From Acanthaster planci (taxonomy: Eukaryota): a DNA stretch of 64,000 nucleotides. Made by a program: the position numbers and the translations under genes. The notes under the pieces are model-generated. The model was not told the DNA's origin, did no database searches, and was given only the letters and a program-made list of their open reading frames with translations. Below, one piece after another: positions 21,101-34,900 of this stretch. Position 1 is the stretch's first letter; every line of letters starts with the position of its first letter. The stretch covers positions 744,001-808,000 of the forward strand of contig NW_019091361.1 of assembly GCF_001949145.1 (NCBI RefSeq). Direction: 5' to 3'.

Positions 21101-24100
21101 CTTTCTGAGCTAAACCACCAGGCCCGCAGTCAGAAGAACAGGTTTTTTTACCACTTTGTCTTTTATTTTTCACATCGTCACAACCATATCATCCTAATTC
21201 ACATCAGTGGCTTGAGTACAGCCATCTGGATCACATTCAGATATTTGATAAATTGGCATAGACACAGAATGCATCTCATACATGATGATGTGGAACAAAT
21301 TAATCTTTGGTCTTGTTCTTTTTGGTACATGTATGTCTTTTTAAGGAAACCTACATGTATCAAATTAAAAATGCACCAATGTAAAATCACCCTTGAAAGC
21401 TATCATGCTTGTATCATTTCAATCTGCAATGAATTTTTAATGTGAAATATTTTGTTCGCAGATAGGGTATGGTTGTATGCTTGTAAACTAACATTTTTCT
21501 AACAATGGCACCATTTCATGTATTGAAGAGGAATTTGAACCAGCATGTAATAAAAAAATATTTCACAATGAGTGAGGATTGCACAAGGACATGTACCGGG
21601 TATGTGTACACAATTTTCTTTCTTGTATGAGTCCTCAATGTACATGAGCCCTCATTTCAAACTTTATAGCTGTATAAAACTTCATTGACCTTTATCTGCG
21701 GGTACAAGTACATGTAGTATCAATGACAACATTGTGTGAAATTAATGTAACAAGTCTCATCACAATAGGTATTGTACTTGTACATGTATCTGTATAAATG
21801 AATAACAGACTTGTAACTAGACTTCATTGGGTGTCCATCATGTACAGTGTACATTGTATTGTATGGTTGCCATACTAGCTGCACCTTAGTGCTCCAATGT
21901 CAAGAAAATACCGGTACCTGATTTGCTAAAAAAAAAACAAAAAAAACTACATACACATGTACCAAAGTCTTTGGCCTTCATTTAGTTAACAAATGTCTGA
22001 AAATGGAAGGTTTGGGAGTCTTCCAATTTTTCCTCAATTTTCGTAAGTGTACAAAACATATGCTGGGGCCGAGGTTGACTGCCAGTGCACATGTACACTT
22101 TTCATTGTGTAACTTTAAATTGCGTAACAATTGACCACTGTCATGTTTTATGTACTCTTAATGGGGTGTCAGATGAAAAGAGTAACTTTTTTGGTGCTAG
22201 AGAAAATGACTGGGGACAACGGATGACCTTATTAATGGTCAATATGGAGCTGGTATGACAACATACATGTACCAGTATGGTACCAGTAAATCAAACATTT
22301 GGAAGCAGCCCGTTAAAAACTACCCCTGCATTTCACTACAACACACATTGTGAATGTCAGACCACAAATTAAACATACTCCTGAAAGTTTCTCTATCCAA
22401 TGCAAATGATACTGCTGTGTAATTGTTGACTCAGGGCCCAGTTACCCTGTGCCTGCCTACACTCCTCAATTCTACCCTTGAACAAGCTGCTCAATCAAAT
22501 GAAACCTCTTCTTTGGCAATACATGTACATGTACGTCCCCTACTCCCTTCGATTCTCAAATCAGAAACTCAAACAGACTCAAGACAAACGCTGTTAAAAC
22601 TGCTCCTGTTATTCATCTGAAATCAGCACTGTGAATTCCATAGTCTACTGATCATGGTGAGGAGTTGAATTTTGTCTAATCCAGATGTATACAGTGGGTG
22701 TACATGTACAAATACGCGCCAAAACCAGCAGAATGCCCAGTCTTGCTACAGGTAAAACACACCTGTGCCAACACACAAGACATACTCATTACAGAACTTC
22801 AGCTACATGTACCAGTACACTGTACATGAAAATAAGGCAACCATTCAATATCCATATTCTTAATACAACACACCGTACATGTACATGTAAATATTCAGGA
22901 GAAATTGCTACTACGTAGCTTACATTTACATGTATTTTAGTGAAAACAGTTCCAACCTCAGACTCTTAACTGCTACTGTATGGGGGGGACACAAAGCCCT
23001 ACGATACCATTGTGTGATGTGCCTGTCCTAACCTACAAAATCCTCCAAACCTCCCACTAGGATTTTGAATGATCTTGAGAGGCTCGTACCAACTGTAACC
23101 TTGAATTGCAAGTAGGCCTACTCCATGTAATGTTCATGTACACGAACCAGTAATGATGCCACATTGCATATTTGTGGTGTAGCATGAAAACCAAGAGAGA
23201 AAAGTAGACAGGTTTGATGACAATTGTAAAGGGGAAGAGATGCGATTCACTGCCCTGGGCCTTCCCTAAAAAACTTCAGGAAAGAATTTGCAACCTCTTT
23301 CAGGCAGGCAATGACAAACGCTTGCGGGTGTTTACGCATGTAGGCCATAACACTGCAATTAGGTAGGTGCCATCAATTTAAAGACTCAAGAATAAATCTG
23401 GTGCAAGTGACTTCTTGTCTGCAATCAATCAAGTACCAAACAAGAAAACCTTCCTGCTCCTTGCCAAGAAATGAACTCAATAAATCCACACCGGAGACAT
23501 TTTTGGGTTGCCGGGCCCAAGGAAGATATGCGCAAGGTAAATTACAAATTGGGAGTTTTGAGGTTATCCAAATACAGTCACTGAAAGAGAAAAGACACAC
23601 CTGAAATAAATATAACATTTGAGCAGATGTGTTGGAGAAGGGAAGAAAATAGTTTTAAACTTGATTTTGTACAATAAAATATGAACGTGAACATGTACAT
23701 GTATACTAGTTTGAACTGCACAGCATGTAAGTAAAAAGAGCTTTTGGTTAAAAAAACAAAGAGAGAGAGAAAATTCTTCCAACTCAAATCAACTTGTAGT
23801 CCACTAATTTCCTCCCAAAACAAACATCTGTCTACATCTTTGCTGCATTGAGTAAACATGGACTGCCAGTTATGTCATGTTGACACTAATATTTCAAGAC
23901 ATTGGCAGACAGACTTACACATTCCCCCTGAAACCCCAACATGGCAAAATAAACCATTCAGAAACCAGGTCAGGCAGAAGACAATTCCAGCTGACAAGAT
24001 CCCCAGTGTTACTCATACCGCGCCCGGCGCAAACTGGCCAGGCACGCTATCTCAAACAATTTGTCCAGTGCCGCACTAAAATATTCAATTTTCTATTCAC

Positions 24101-24721
24101 CTGCTCATCTTCCACCCCTCCCCTATGTCTCTCAATTCCTTTCAAAATCAGACCGAGATGTCAGAATACCCCATTTTAGCCAGAGGCTTTTATTGAATCA
24201 ATTTCTGGGACACTGTCCCAGAGACACAGACAAGAGCAAAATTAATTACCACATTTGGCAGTCATTCAAGTTCAACAGAACCCCGGTGAAATTGATTGGC
24301 AAACGGTGCATGTTCAGAGAGAAGCATGTGACTTCAGTGTGTGTCGACAGTACTTGCCAGCACATTAATTACATGCATGTCTTACAGCAATACCTTGGCA
24401 ACCTGTTTCAGACTACTGTACATGTAGGTGCTTTATAGTACAAAAAAATCTAAAGGATATTGTGCCATGCATGTACAAAGTACATGTACAGTACATGTGT
24501 CTGTACACCCTTGGATGGTGTGAACATGCACCTGTAAAGTACATGTACATGTGCATCCCTAAAGTGACAAAGTGATTTCAGATTTGCGGCCTGTCATGAT
24601 TTCAAATTAAAACATACATGTACCGGTAAGTACCACTAAACCAGTACTTATGGTCAAACACAATATCATTAACAGTCTGATATCTGGATGTTCTGATTAT
24701 GAAATTTCACGAGGTATAAAA

Positions 24722-24736
24722 CCACCAGAGGGCGCC
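24722..24736 (+). promoter_or_regulatory. Candidate CTCF site
   Basis: CCACCAGAGGGCGCC matches the CCASYAGRKGGCRS core. Confidence 0.4.
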
Positions 24737-25529
24737 ATACATAGTTTCAGTCTGACCTGTGTAAAGAGAAAGTTGCGACATGAGTGTCACCTTTGTTGGA
24801 AACAAACTGGTACATGCGTCAGTGCACATGAAGAGTTGGTATCCAACAGCTGCATGCTCTACTAACCACACACAGTGAACAGCCATTTTGTTTCCAAAAT
24901 CTAAAGCTGGCGCTCTTCTCTCTATAAACAGCTCTGTTTTCAGTCGGCACTGGATACACACAGTATCATTTAGGCTGCAAAAATAGTTTAAAAATGCAAC
25001 TCTAGACAGCTGACTGAGAAGCATACATGTACATGTATACGTACCGGGTAGTTGTATCCTTTGTAACTTGAAACACTCTTAACTTAACTTGGCAAAGAAG
25101 AGACAACTTGGTTTGAATAATTTCAATAGCACATCCACCACGGTCTGACATGTACATGTACACATGTAAGCTGGTCACATGAGCTCCATGCATCATGCAC
25201 CAAGCATGCATAAACCTGTGCGCAAATGAACCAGTAGTGAGTTCCTGCCAAAGGACTATCGATACCATGTAAAAGCATGTCATCTCTTGTTCTTGCATGG
25301 ATAAAATTTTGTCATTTTGATAAATAATGACACGTACAATAGGCAAAAAAACAGTACGTCATGGGAAAAATACCACTATGCGTACATGTACATTCAGCAC
25401 TGGACAAGAATTTCTTTATAAAAGATACATTCATGTACTGTACATCAACATGTACAGACCTCCACATTCTTTTAAACCTCAAAATGCAGTACTTTATTAT
25501 TATTATTAAATATTTCTGGTAATGACATC

Positions 25530-25770
25530 AAGGATTCCTAAAAAGCGCCCAAGGCACTGTTGCTCGCAAGCCTGAAGAAGCCCGTAGAGAGGAGACAATG
25601 AGAAGCAGTTGCAGTATTAGAGGTAGGAGGAAAACCTCAGAGGAATATTCTGGGTAAAACCCACAGCATTGAGGTATGGACTGAAAACCCAATCCACATG
25701 TGGACCGGGCCAGGATTCGAACCTGGACCGCAGAGGTGGAGTAATGAACCACTACGCCAACCTGACTCCA
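25530..25770 (-). mobile_element. tRNA-derived SINE
   Basis: Minus strand: A box TGGCGTAGTGG (25759-25749), B box GGTTCGAATCC (25723-25713), then a CATGTGGATTGGGTTTTC...GGTTTTCCTCC body. No tRNA cloverleaf. Confidence 0.75.
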
Positions 25771-28700
25771 TTGTTGATGAGATGTACTGTAAGAACATTC
25801 CTCCATAATTCAATACACGGTTACATGTAACAAGCACAAATCATTTAAAAACATACTGCAGATTTGTATCATTTCATTTGCTGATATTTCAAGCAATTTA
25901 AGGTTTCTAAATAATCTAAATATTTTTGAACCATCTGTTAAGAATGGTACATGTAGCAATTGGCCTTTTTACTAATAGGAATGCCCAACACATACAATGT
26001 ATACAAAAGCATGTACATGCTGCGGTACATGTACATGCAAGAACAATGCATTTTATGAGAAAATAATGAAAAACGGGTATCTGCATCCACAAAACACATT
26101 TAAATAAAACCAATACATTTGTTGAACTGTAACCTGTATTGTTTTGAAAATTCTGGTCACAGAACTGAGGCCGGAGAAGCCAAGACTAACAAGACGGCTG
26201 AACTCCAAACATGAAGCCCTATTGTTTCCAATGAACACACTGCTACAAAAGTGACCGTACAGGGTTGTTCACCCTCAGCACTGCATGCTGAAGTAGCATG
26301 GGATTTCAACCTGCAGCTAAATTGGCTAATGGAAGAAGTTTAAACTAATTCTGATACTGCCTCAAGCAGGGCTTTCCTGCCACATTGTGGAACATGAAGG
26401 AGGGCTCCAACTCCTCAATATGCATGTTTATGCTTCCAAGATCAGCTTTCATGCATGCATTAGCCACTAATGCTCATCCAGGGGGCATAATGCGAATGGA
26501 GTCAACAAGTCCGCTGTTTTAAAGAGTCTTGAACATGATCATATTTGTTGTTCGCAAGAAGCCATGGCCTTTCTTGCTCAAACTGGACAGAAATGGTCAA
26601 GAGATGCAATTACTACATGTAATGTACCTGTATAATTTGTTTGTAAGTAAAGCGCGTTGTGGAACAATTCCTGAGACGTCACTGTGCTCCTGGTTTTTTC
26701 CTGAAAGTTTGATTTGATTGTCCAGTCTCGTGACATACAATCTGTCCATCCAGTCTAACCTTTTTTTCTGAACGAAACTAAAAAATATCTCTCAGCAAGT
26801 TTCTGCCGATAATGTGACACAAAAAAATGTATTTGGCACGGTTTTTGCCAATGAAAGCATTAATTATTTGGGAACAAAAAGTAATATTGACAGGCGAAAA
26901 AGTCATTTTCATTCAAAGTTCTCATGTGCATGTATCTAGAGATAAAAGCCCTCAATGAAGAATTTACAAGCAGATAAGATACTGAAACGGTCAGTTCAGT
27001 CTGTCAGAAATTAGGTTATTAATTTTATTTTTAAAATGTGCTTTCATGTACATGTAGGCCACTACTGCTGTTGTGCTACTCTTTGTTTATGTGTTGATAA
27101 CATTTTGTTTGTTCTTTGCACATGTACATGTACCCAAAGGTCTTGGAAATGGAAACTTCTGTTTATGTTGAACTATGGGTACATGTAATTGGCCAGGTTT
27201 CAGTTCTCAAGTCTTGAACACAGACAGACCATTGTTGTGAACTTCTGACGTGGGATACATGTATAACACACATTGTACCAGCAAGTTGTGATGGTTTCAA
27301 AGCACCATCACTCTGACATCGCACAAACTCAGTCACTGGTCCATTTAGCAGTTACCTATTGCACTGTACGCTGTAAGTTGTTAGTCCCACTGTGTAACTT
27401 TGGATGAGTTATATGAAATCAAGCCCAGAATAGAAGATCAACAAGGATAAATTCTTCCCTTTCCATTGGACAGTCCAAAGAAAGCGAAGAAAAGGAATCA
27501 CCCTCCTACTCAGATAATCAGCAGGGATACTCTCCCCTGGAGGACTGAGGATCACATTCACTGCTACATGACAAGGGGCATTCATCACCGTTATAATTCA
27601 TCAATCATGCAGTTTACATCAGCGGATGCTCAGCTGTTGCTGAAATACCCTCGGGCTGACCAAGCTTCTCATTTGCAGGCAAAAAGATGAGGGAGGGGAA
27701 TATGTACCGAGGAGTGGTGGGTATAGTAACACCTAACCACAGGCCATTCAACTCCTTGGTAGGATTAGGGTTGTCACCAATGCTGCATCCATTTGGATTA
27801 TGAACTTGACTCTCTAGCTGTAGCTGGTAGAGACAGAACCCCCGCTTGGTCCATTGGTATAAATAGACTATGGGGTCTGGGAATGCCCCTAGCAACTGTG
27901 GAGAGGCTAACGACATGACTGTCAAAGTGGGTCAGGGGGGAGGGGCCTAGCTGCGGTTAATACAGGAAGTATGAGTACGTATTTTGGGTGGAAATCATGT
28001 CCAGGGACACAACAGGGGATGGTGTGCTGCATCCCTCAGTGTCTAATTGCCAACACTTGTTTTGATCGCAACTTTAAACACTTTTCTGTGCAATTCTGTT
28101 AATTCCTAATAAGCTGTGTTGAACAACCTGAACTATTCAGCATTCTCTTATTCACATCTCAGAGATGTTCAAGTATATACTGTACATGTTTGTCCAAGAG
28201 TTTGCCCTGCCAATTCAGATGTGAGGTGGCCCACCTCATGACTTTTAGTGACCACCTCACGCTTTTTGAAGCCAATATTGCCATCTCACAGCTGAAACAA
28301 TAGATGAAACAAACAAACAAAAAAACCAAGGGCATCCCTGCATTTATCAAAACAAATCTTTTAATGTATTTCACCATCAGTTAATTCATTTTCATCAGAA
28401 GGTGAAACTTAAAAGTGAAGATATTGAGCTGAACATGGGCATTTTGAATCAAGTTTCTGCCCACTACTGTTAATAATAATAACCTCCTGAAATCATGTGC
28501 AGCATGCAGTGCAGCCACACTGGTTTCTGTCCCTGAAAAACTAAATGTAAGAATGATAATGGAAATACGAGGAACCAGTTGAATGGTATACCACTACACC
28601 CCCACAATGACAAAGCACATGTCCAAAGACAATATAAAAAATGTCACACAATCACTGCTTGAAATGGATCGAAACTACCACAATCTTTGAAGATTCCAGG

Positions 28701-28839
28701 GAGCTTAGGGCCTAGTAACTAGACTTGCTGTCTATGTTTGTGCATTTGTGTCTCCCCTTTCGTGTATTAATTTGGGGAAAAAAACTTGCATGTATGTTTG
28801 CATGTAATTCTGGTGAAGCATGATTTTTCTGTATGACTG

Positions 28840-30044
28840 TAGAGCCAATGATTTTCCGTTTCAAAAATGAGTATTTTCCGTTTCACCAAATCCTAAATTC
28901 CGCTTCAGAAATTCAAATTTCGTTTCATACCATGAAATAGGAGAGCAAGTTTTAAACTCTGCATGGAAACTATTTGCCCAACCACATTGTCCCCCCTAAA
29001 AAAGAAAGAAAGAAAAGAGACAAAAACAATATTGTTGGGAAATACTCTGCAATGTTTCCAACTTTATTTATAATTTCTGTGGAGAAAATTAAAAAAACAA
29101 ATTCAGACAATAAATTCAGCATACCCCATCCTTTGATTTCCCACCAGCGCGATTGCCAAAAACTTGCTACAATTAATCGACGGACAATTCATGTGCCACT
29201 CCTTGTGTATGAAATCAGATTACATACATGTGCATACATTACATACAGTGAAGTCACAGAGTAGGTCTTGCATGTAACAGTCGTTGATCACAATATGTTA
29301 ATGTTGGACATCGACCCGCCATTTTCTTTGGCAGGGGTGCAACAAAATAACATTAAATCTGAGCCTTAAAATGTGTGTTTGTGACTGAAAACTTCACTCT
29401 TTATTGAACACTTCTGAGGGCCTATTCAACTTTGGTGCACCAAGCTTACTACACGTAGGTTTCATTTAATTCAAGAAATATGTAAAATTAGTCTTCCGTT
29501 TTGCTGCTGCGGTTTCATCGTTTCGCCATGCTGTACTAGCCTTGTCTCAAGGCGCCCATGCGGATTCACAGACTGAATTCCCCTTGTGTGCAATAGTCAT
29601 ATGTGTCAGTACATGTAAGAACCTGTTTGGGCCTTGATTTCATTGCTAGTACAGTGTGCGTGTGAACGGCCAATGTGTGCATACACAATGTACCGTACCG
29701 GGCCGCTGTGCTGTGCCAGCTGCCGCTGCACGAATGGGGCTCACGCACACCATAGCACTTGCAAGTATCGGCACCAGCGGGGCACGGACGATCCAATCAT
29801 GTGGTGGAGTGGTGGAATTTAGCATGTTTCCAGCGTACATGTAATTCATTCCTTAAAAACAAGCATTTGAAAAGGGTTTAGTAGGCATTTATTTTTTAGT
29901 ACTTTACAGAAAGTTTTCTTTACTTTTAAGCCATTCTTAGAGGGAAATTTTGCAAGTTCCATTTCAAGCAGTGGATTCCATTTCAAATTGTTGATTCCGC
30001 GAATTCCGTCCATTTTCCGCGATGGTGGTAAATCACTGGCTCTA
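28840..30044. mobile_element. Non-autonomous DNA transposon, ~1.2 kb, hAT-like
   Basis: TIRs TAGAGCCAATGATTTTCC / GGTAAATCACTGGCTCTA; direct repeat (TA)TGACTG on both flanks; subterminal ATTCCG/TTTCCG repeats at both ends. Confidence 0.75.
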
Positions 30045-31155
30045 TGACTGTGTACACAGCAGTGACTGATCCAAATGTCTAGTCTCTACACACACTGATA
30101 CGGTACTGTGCATTTCAGACATTGTTAGCCATTTTCCCACGTAAGAGAGACCAAAATTTGAAGTCTGTATCACTAGTTTTAGATATGTATTTATCAAAAT
30201 TATTTCACGGGGAAAGTTTTCATGAATTTACATAAAAGTGCATGTAATGTAAAAGCAAATCTCAACAGGCCCATCTTGGGTAATCAAACACATACATTTT
30301 ATTGACTAAAAGTCAAATTCTCTGCCAAGATAACATTCTGTGCTGCATGGACTGGTGGGTTTTGTAAAAAAAAAAAATCAAAACATTGCACATTTCAATG
30401 AAATTTGGACAAAACTGAGCAGTCCAAATGGCTCTATTTTGTAATGGAGAGTACATCAATTTTCAAAATGGTGATGGGCTTCATAACTGTTTTCAGTCGT
30501 GCTTATCTTCAGATGGAAGTATCTCCAAAAAGTCGTGGTTTAACACAAAAAAACCTGCAACACAGAATGGAAAATGAGGAAATAGACTTTGATTTGATGC
30601 GTGCCTTCAACACTTGAGAAAAATTGTATTTTTCAAAGTGGAAGTAAGGACCAGTACCGCAGATGGCAGCTTACATGTACATGTATTTGGATAGTTCCAG
30701 AAATAAGGGGTCAAAAAATGTAACATTTTCGTATCCCTGTTACATGTGACCTTTGTTGATTTCAAACTATTACTATTTGTTTGGCAGGTAATTTGCATTA
30801 ATTCATCACTCTAAGAAATTAGAAAATGTGTTCTATACTTATAAAATCATATGTCAGATGTGACAGGGACATGAAAAAAAGTGGACCCCTCATTTCTGGA
30901 ATTACCCACTTACAATGTACATACATGTACATGTACATACCAGTAGTAGCAGTGATTGTACTGGTACTTGTCTTCAACCTGTACACACACGTTTGTTCAT
31001 GCTACCTGTACATGTACATTCATGTACCGGGTACGGTCACTAAAGATTAGCGTACTGGAGCACTACTTTACATCTTTCTTGCCCTATAGCATGATGCAAC
31101 AAAACAGTTGGCCCAACAGGCATTCACAACGTTTGTGGCATCTGGCTGCATAAAT

Positions 31156-31909
31156 CAGAGGTGGCTGCAAGTCATTTTTTGCAAGTCCAAGTCAAGTCAC
31201 AAGTCATTTGGCCCAGTCACAAGTCAAGTCACAAGTCATTTGGTCACAGGGCAAGTCAAGTCAAGTCACAAGTCATTTGGTCTAAACACAAGTCGGGTCA
31301 CAAGTGTCTTTGTCCAAGTACAAGTCAAGCTGCACATTATTTTGTCCAGCTGTAATAAGCAAAAAGAGCCAGGCATCAACTTACGAAGTTACGAGTTATG
31401 ACTTTTGGACAGCTGAACACCTCTTCTCCAAATATTTTGACAATGCCTCCATAAATCCCCTTTTCACTTGTGTTGTAATTACTCTTCTTGCAGTTATCTG
31501 TTGTATAATGGACCTCTGTTTCATTTAAAAATGTACTTTGCAGGGCGCATATTGAGGGCGCTGTTTATCATACTCACACATTAACGAAAATGTGACGTAG
31601 CAGCATGATATGCATGCTGCCCTGATCTACAGCTGCAGCAAGGTGAAATAGAAGCCACACAAGCCGGAGTCCATTTTTTATGTACATGTACATGTACACT
31701 GTACGTAAGGTGTAAACTGAATAGCTTAATTCAAAATGTATGGGGCCGGTTGAGTAACGTCAGACTTGGGTTGGTAACAAGTCATTTTTGGCAAGTCCAA
31801 GTCAAGTCACAAGTCAATTTTGCAAGTCCAAGTCAAATCACAAGTCAGAGCTGGTATTTACAAGTCAAGTCACAAGTCACAAAAATAGCGACTCGAGTCA
31901 GCAACTCTG
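31156..31909. mobile_element. Non-autonomous hAT-type element with subterminal CAAGT(CA) arrays
   Basis: Ends CAGAGGTGGCTG / CAGCAACTCTG; 8-bp flanks GCATAAAT (31148-31155) and GCATACAT (31910-31917); CAAGTCAAGTCACAAGTC arrays at about 31168-31330 and 31778-31880. Confidence 0.8.
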
Positions 31910-34900
31910 GCATACATGTACATGTACTTATTTCTCTCAAGAGTACAATGGCTGAAACGTACATGTACAACATCAGTTGCAATGTCACTGAGGCTGATAA
32001 CTTGTGTGTAACATGTACACACGCACAAATTGATGTGAATATTACATCCGTGCAACAGGACTCTTTTTGTTAAACCACATTTCGCCCTTTTATTCACGCT
32101 GTATTCTCAGTGTGGTCTCAGGCTTGGGTGGGATCTGAACCCACGACTTCCTGCTTACTAGTGCAGATGTCATCTAGTTTATGAGACAGGGTGGCTGGCT
32201 CAAATCCAATACAGCAGCCGGGCCAGTACCGCAAGTACCGTAGTCGATGATAGTCATTTGGCTTTGCATCAAGGATGTTAATTTTATACCAGGTTATGCC
32301 CTTCATCGAGGTATAATTTCACACCATACATGTACCCTTGGCGTTACATGTACCAGTAAGGTCTGAGAGTTGCAAACAAATCACAAACTAAAATTATTTC
32401 TTGGCAAAATGAAGTCACTGAAAACATACATATACACGTACCAGTACATGTATGGCCACATTTAAATTATGGTTGCCACACTACAGTTGGCATTCCAGTA
32501 ACTTCCATGGTGACAATGTACCCAAGCAGAAATGTATTTCTGTATGGAGATTAATTACTGCAAGCTAAAGTACTAGTATTTTACAAACCAGTACATATGC
32601 ATTTTAAGACACATACCGGTACAATACATGATAAGTACAGTAAATATGGACACATACAAGTACATAATTTACATGTACTTGTGTGCACACCTACTTTTCA
32701 ACCAACATTTACATGTACTTTGACTAAATAATTAACTAGACATGTCTACATACACAACTACATGTACAGACCCTCCAGGAAGCCTGAGCCCTGAAGCATA
32801 CATGTACAATGTACATGTGGGTCTAACCCTTGACAACATACATGTATACATGTACATGTACATCTACTGGTACATGTGCATACAATGTACACGTACATGT
32901 ACATGTGCATCATAGCATGTTTGCTCTTGCTGATGAAGTGGAGCAAGGCCAACAACCCAAAAGCATCCGGGCACCGCATTTTCACCAAACAAACAACGCC
33001 AAGCAAACACAAATGGGCAGGCAGTTTGGTGACTGGGGACCGTAAGTGGACCAAGGCTCCAAACTCAGACTCTGATTGGTTGGAGAAGAAGGAGGGAGAG
33101 ATAGAGAATAAAGGCAGTTCAACACTTGTGGAAATGGGCCACGTAATTTGATGTGGGGACATGCACCAGTGTGTGCTCTCGTTCAAGGTCACGTGCGCAG
33201 GAATGAGCCAGGCTTAAGTGGTTTTCCTGGGATGGTGTTTGCATACAAACGCGATGAGGAAAAACGGACATCTAGCCTGGCTAGCTGTGTGTGTACAGTA
33301 CGTGCGTCCACAAACCCAGCCCACGTTGTAGACAGAGAAAAGGCACAAAACTTCGTACGTTATTAAAAGACAGTGTGCACAAGCATAACGAGCAGCTGTC
33401 ATTCTGTAAAAAGAGATGAAAACTAATACCAGACTCTGATCAACACAGACCTGCCTCAAGGCCAACGTCAAAACCATCACTTGGAATGTTCCTCAACCTG
33501 CCAAACACATTTACCATTTCATTGATCATACAACTGAGATGGGGTTTTTTGTGTGGGTGCATGTTTACATGTCACATCAACAAGTACTGTAACTCTTTGT
33601 TCCATTTCTGTCAAACTCATTATATGCATGTACATGTACACGTATCAACTTATCTCATTTCAATTAGAGATGCAGTCTAAACTTAAGCCAATTTTCAACC
33701 GAAAAAAAACAAACAATTGCTACATATTTGTCAACATCAAGAAGTTACAAAGACTTCAAATTACTAGAGACTTCCTTTGTTCTCTCGATCCTCACTCACT
33801 GCCTGCATCCCTTCTGTCTACAAAGATGTAACATTCAAAGAGTTCATGTACCTGTACATATACATGCATCTCGACAATCCCAGTGATTTCTGCCTTGTCT
33901 TTTCTTGTGCAGCCACACCTTGAGTGGCCCTTGGGCCTTGTATTGATTAACACCCTCCCCCAGTGAAATCCTACTGATGTTGTGTAAACTGCACAATTAC
34001 ATGTACATGTACATTCTCACTATAACAGAGCAGCAAGGGTGTGCCAGCGCAGCCATAACCTACAAAATCTGTCTGTTTGGGAATTCCTCAACCTTGAGAA
34101 GGCCAACACTCTGTAATGGCCTTACATATTTAAATAAATATTCACTTCACTAAGACAAGCCGAGGACAATGTACATGTAACACAGTCAGGACATGTTTTA
34201 ATTCATCAAGACACAAGTACATGTACCAGTATAAATGGAGAATGAATATAAGATCTTGATGCATGCAGGGAAATTGAAGCACACAACTGATTCCACTGGA
34301 CAAATTTCAAAATACAAATCTGGGAATGTGAATGACAAATATTTCACAATAGCCAGGAAACCACATACAATCTTTGAACACCTTTTTTTAACCACTGAGC
34401 AAGTTATTACGGATTAAACACACAAATACAAGGATCATTACGGCGCCCTTTAGTTACAGTTTCTAGATATTGTATCCTGTGGGCAATTTTATTACTTTTG
34501 ATGGCACGAAAGCTAGAAAAGCTTTTCAGAAGACTCTATTGAACTTTCTTTAACTAAGTCCCCCAAGGAACAGCCTACACAATGAAAGGCTGGAGTCAGT
34601 TTTTGACACCAGTATCCTAATTGTCCTGGCTGTACCCCTAGCAAACAGGCAAGGTGGCTTAAGCTGGCGCTAAAGTGTGGTCTCATTGAGAGAAATTTCA
34701 GTCCCATGGGCACATATCGGAAACTAACCTAATGGTTTTCAGTGTACCCCCAGGCAAGCTTAGAGAGGCTCTTGACTAGACAAGAAAACAACCAAAGAAA
34801 ACCCTGAGGCTGAAGACGACTTTGAGGATGTTGACCAGATTGAGTGACTCCAGCTCAGGACAAAAGAAAGTTTGCAAACATGGTTCTATGTACAAGTACT

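Noticed and set aside
25700..25770. tRNA gene (also similar heads near 13560, 32150 and 57750)
   Set aside because: A/B boxes are present but there is no cloverleaf or acceptor stem; SINE-derived.
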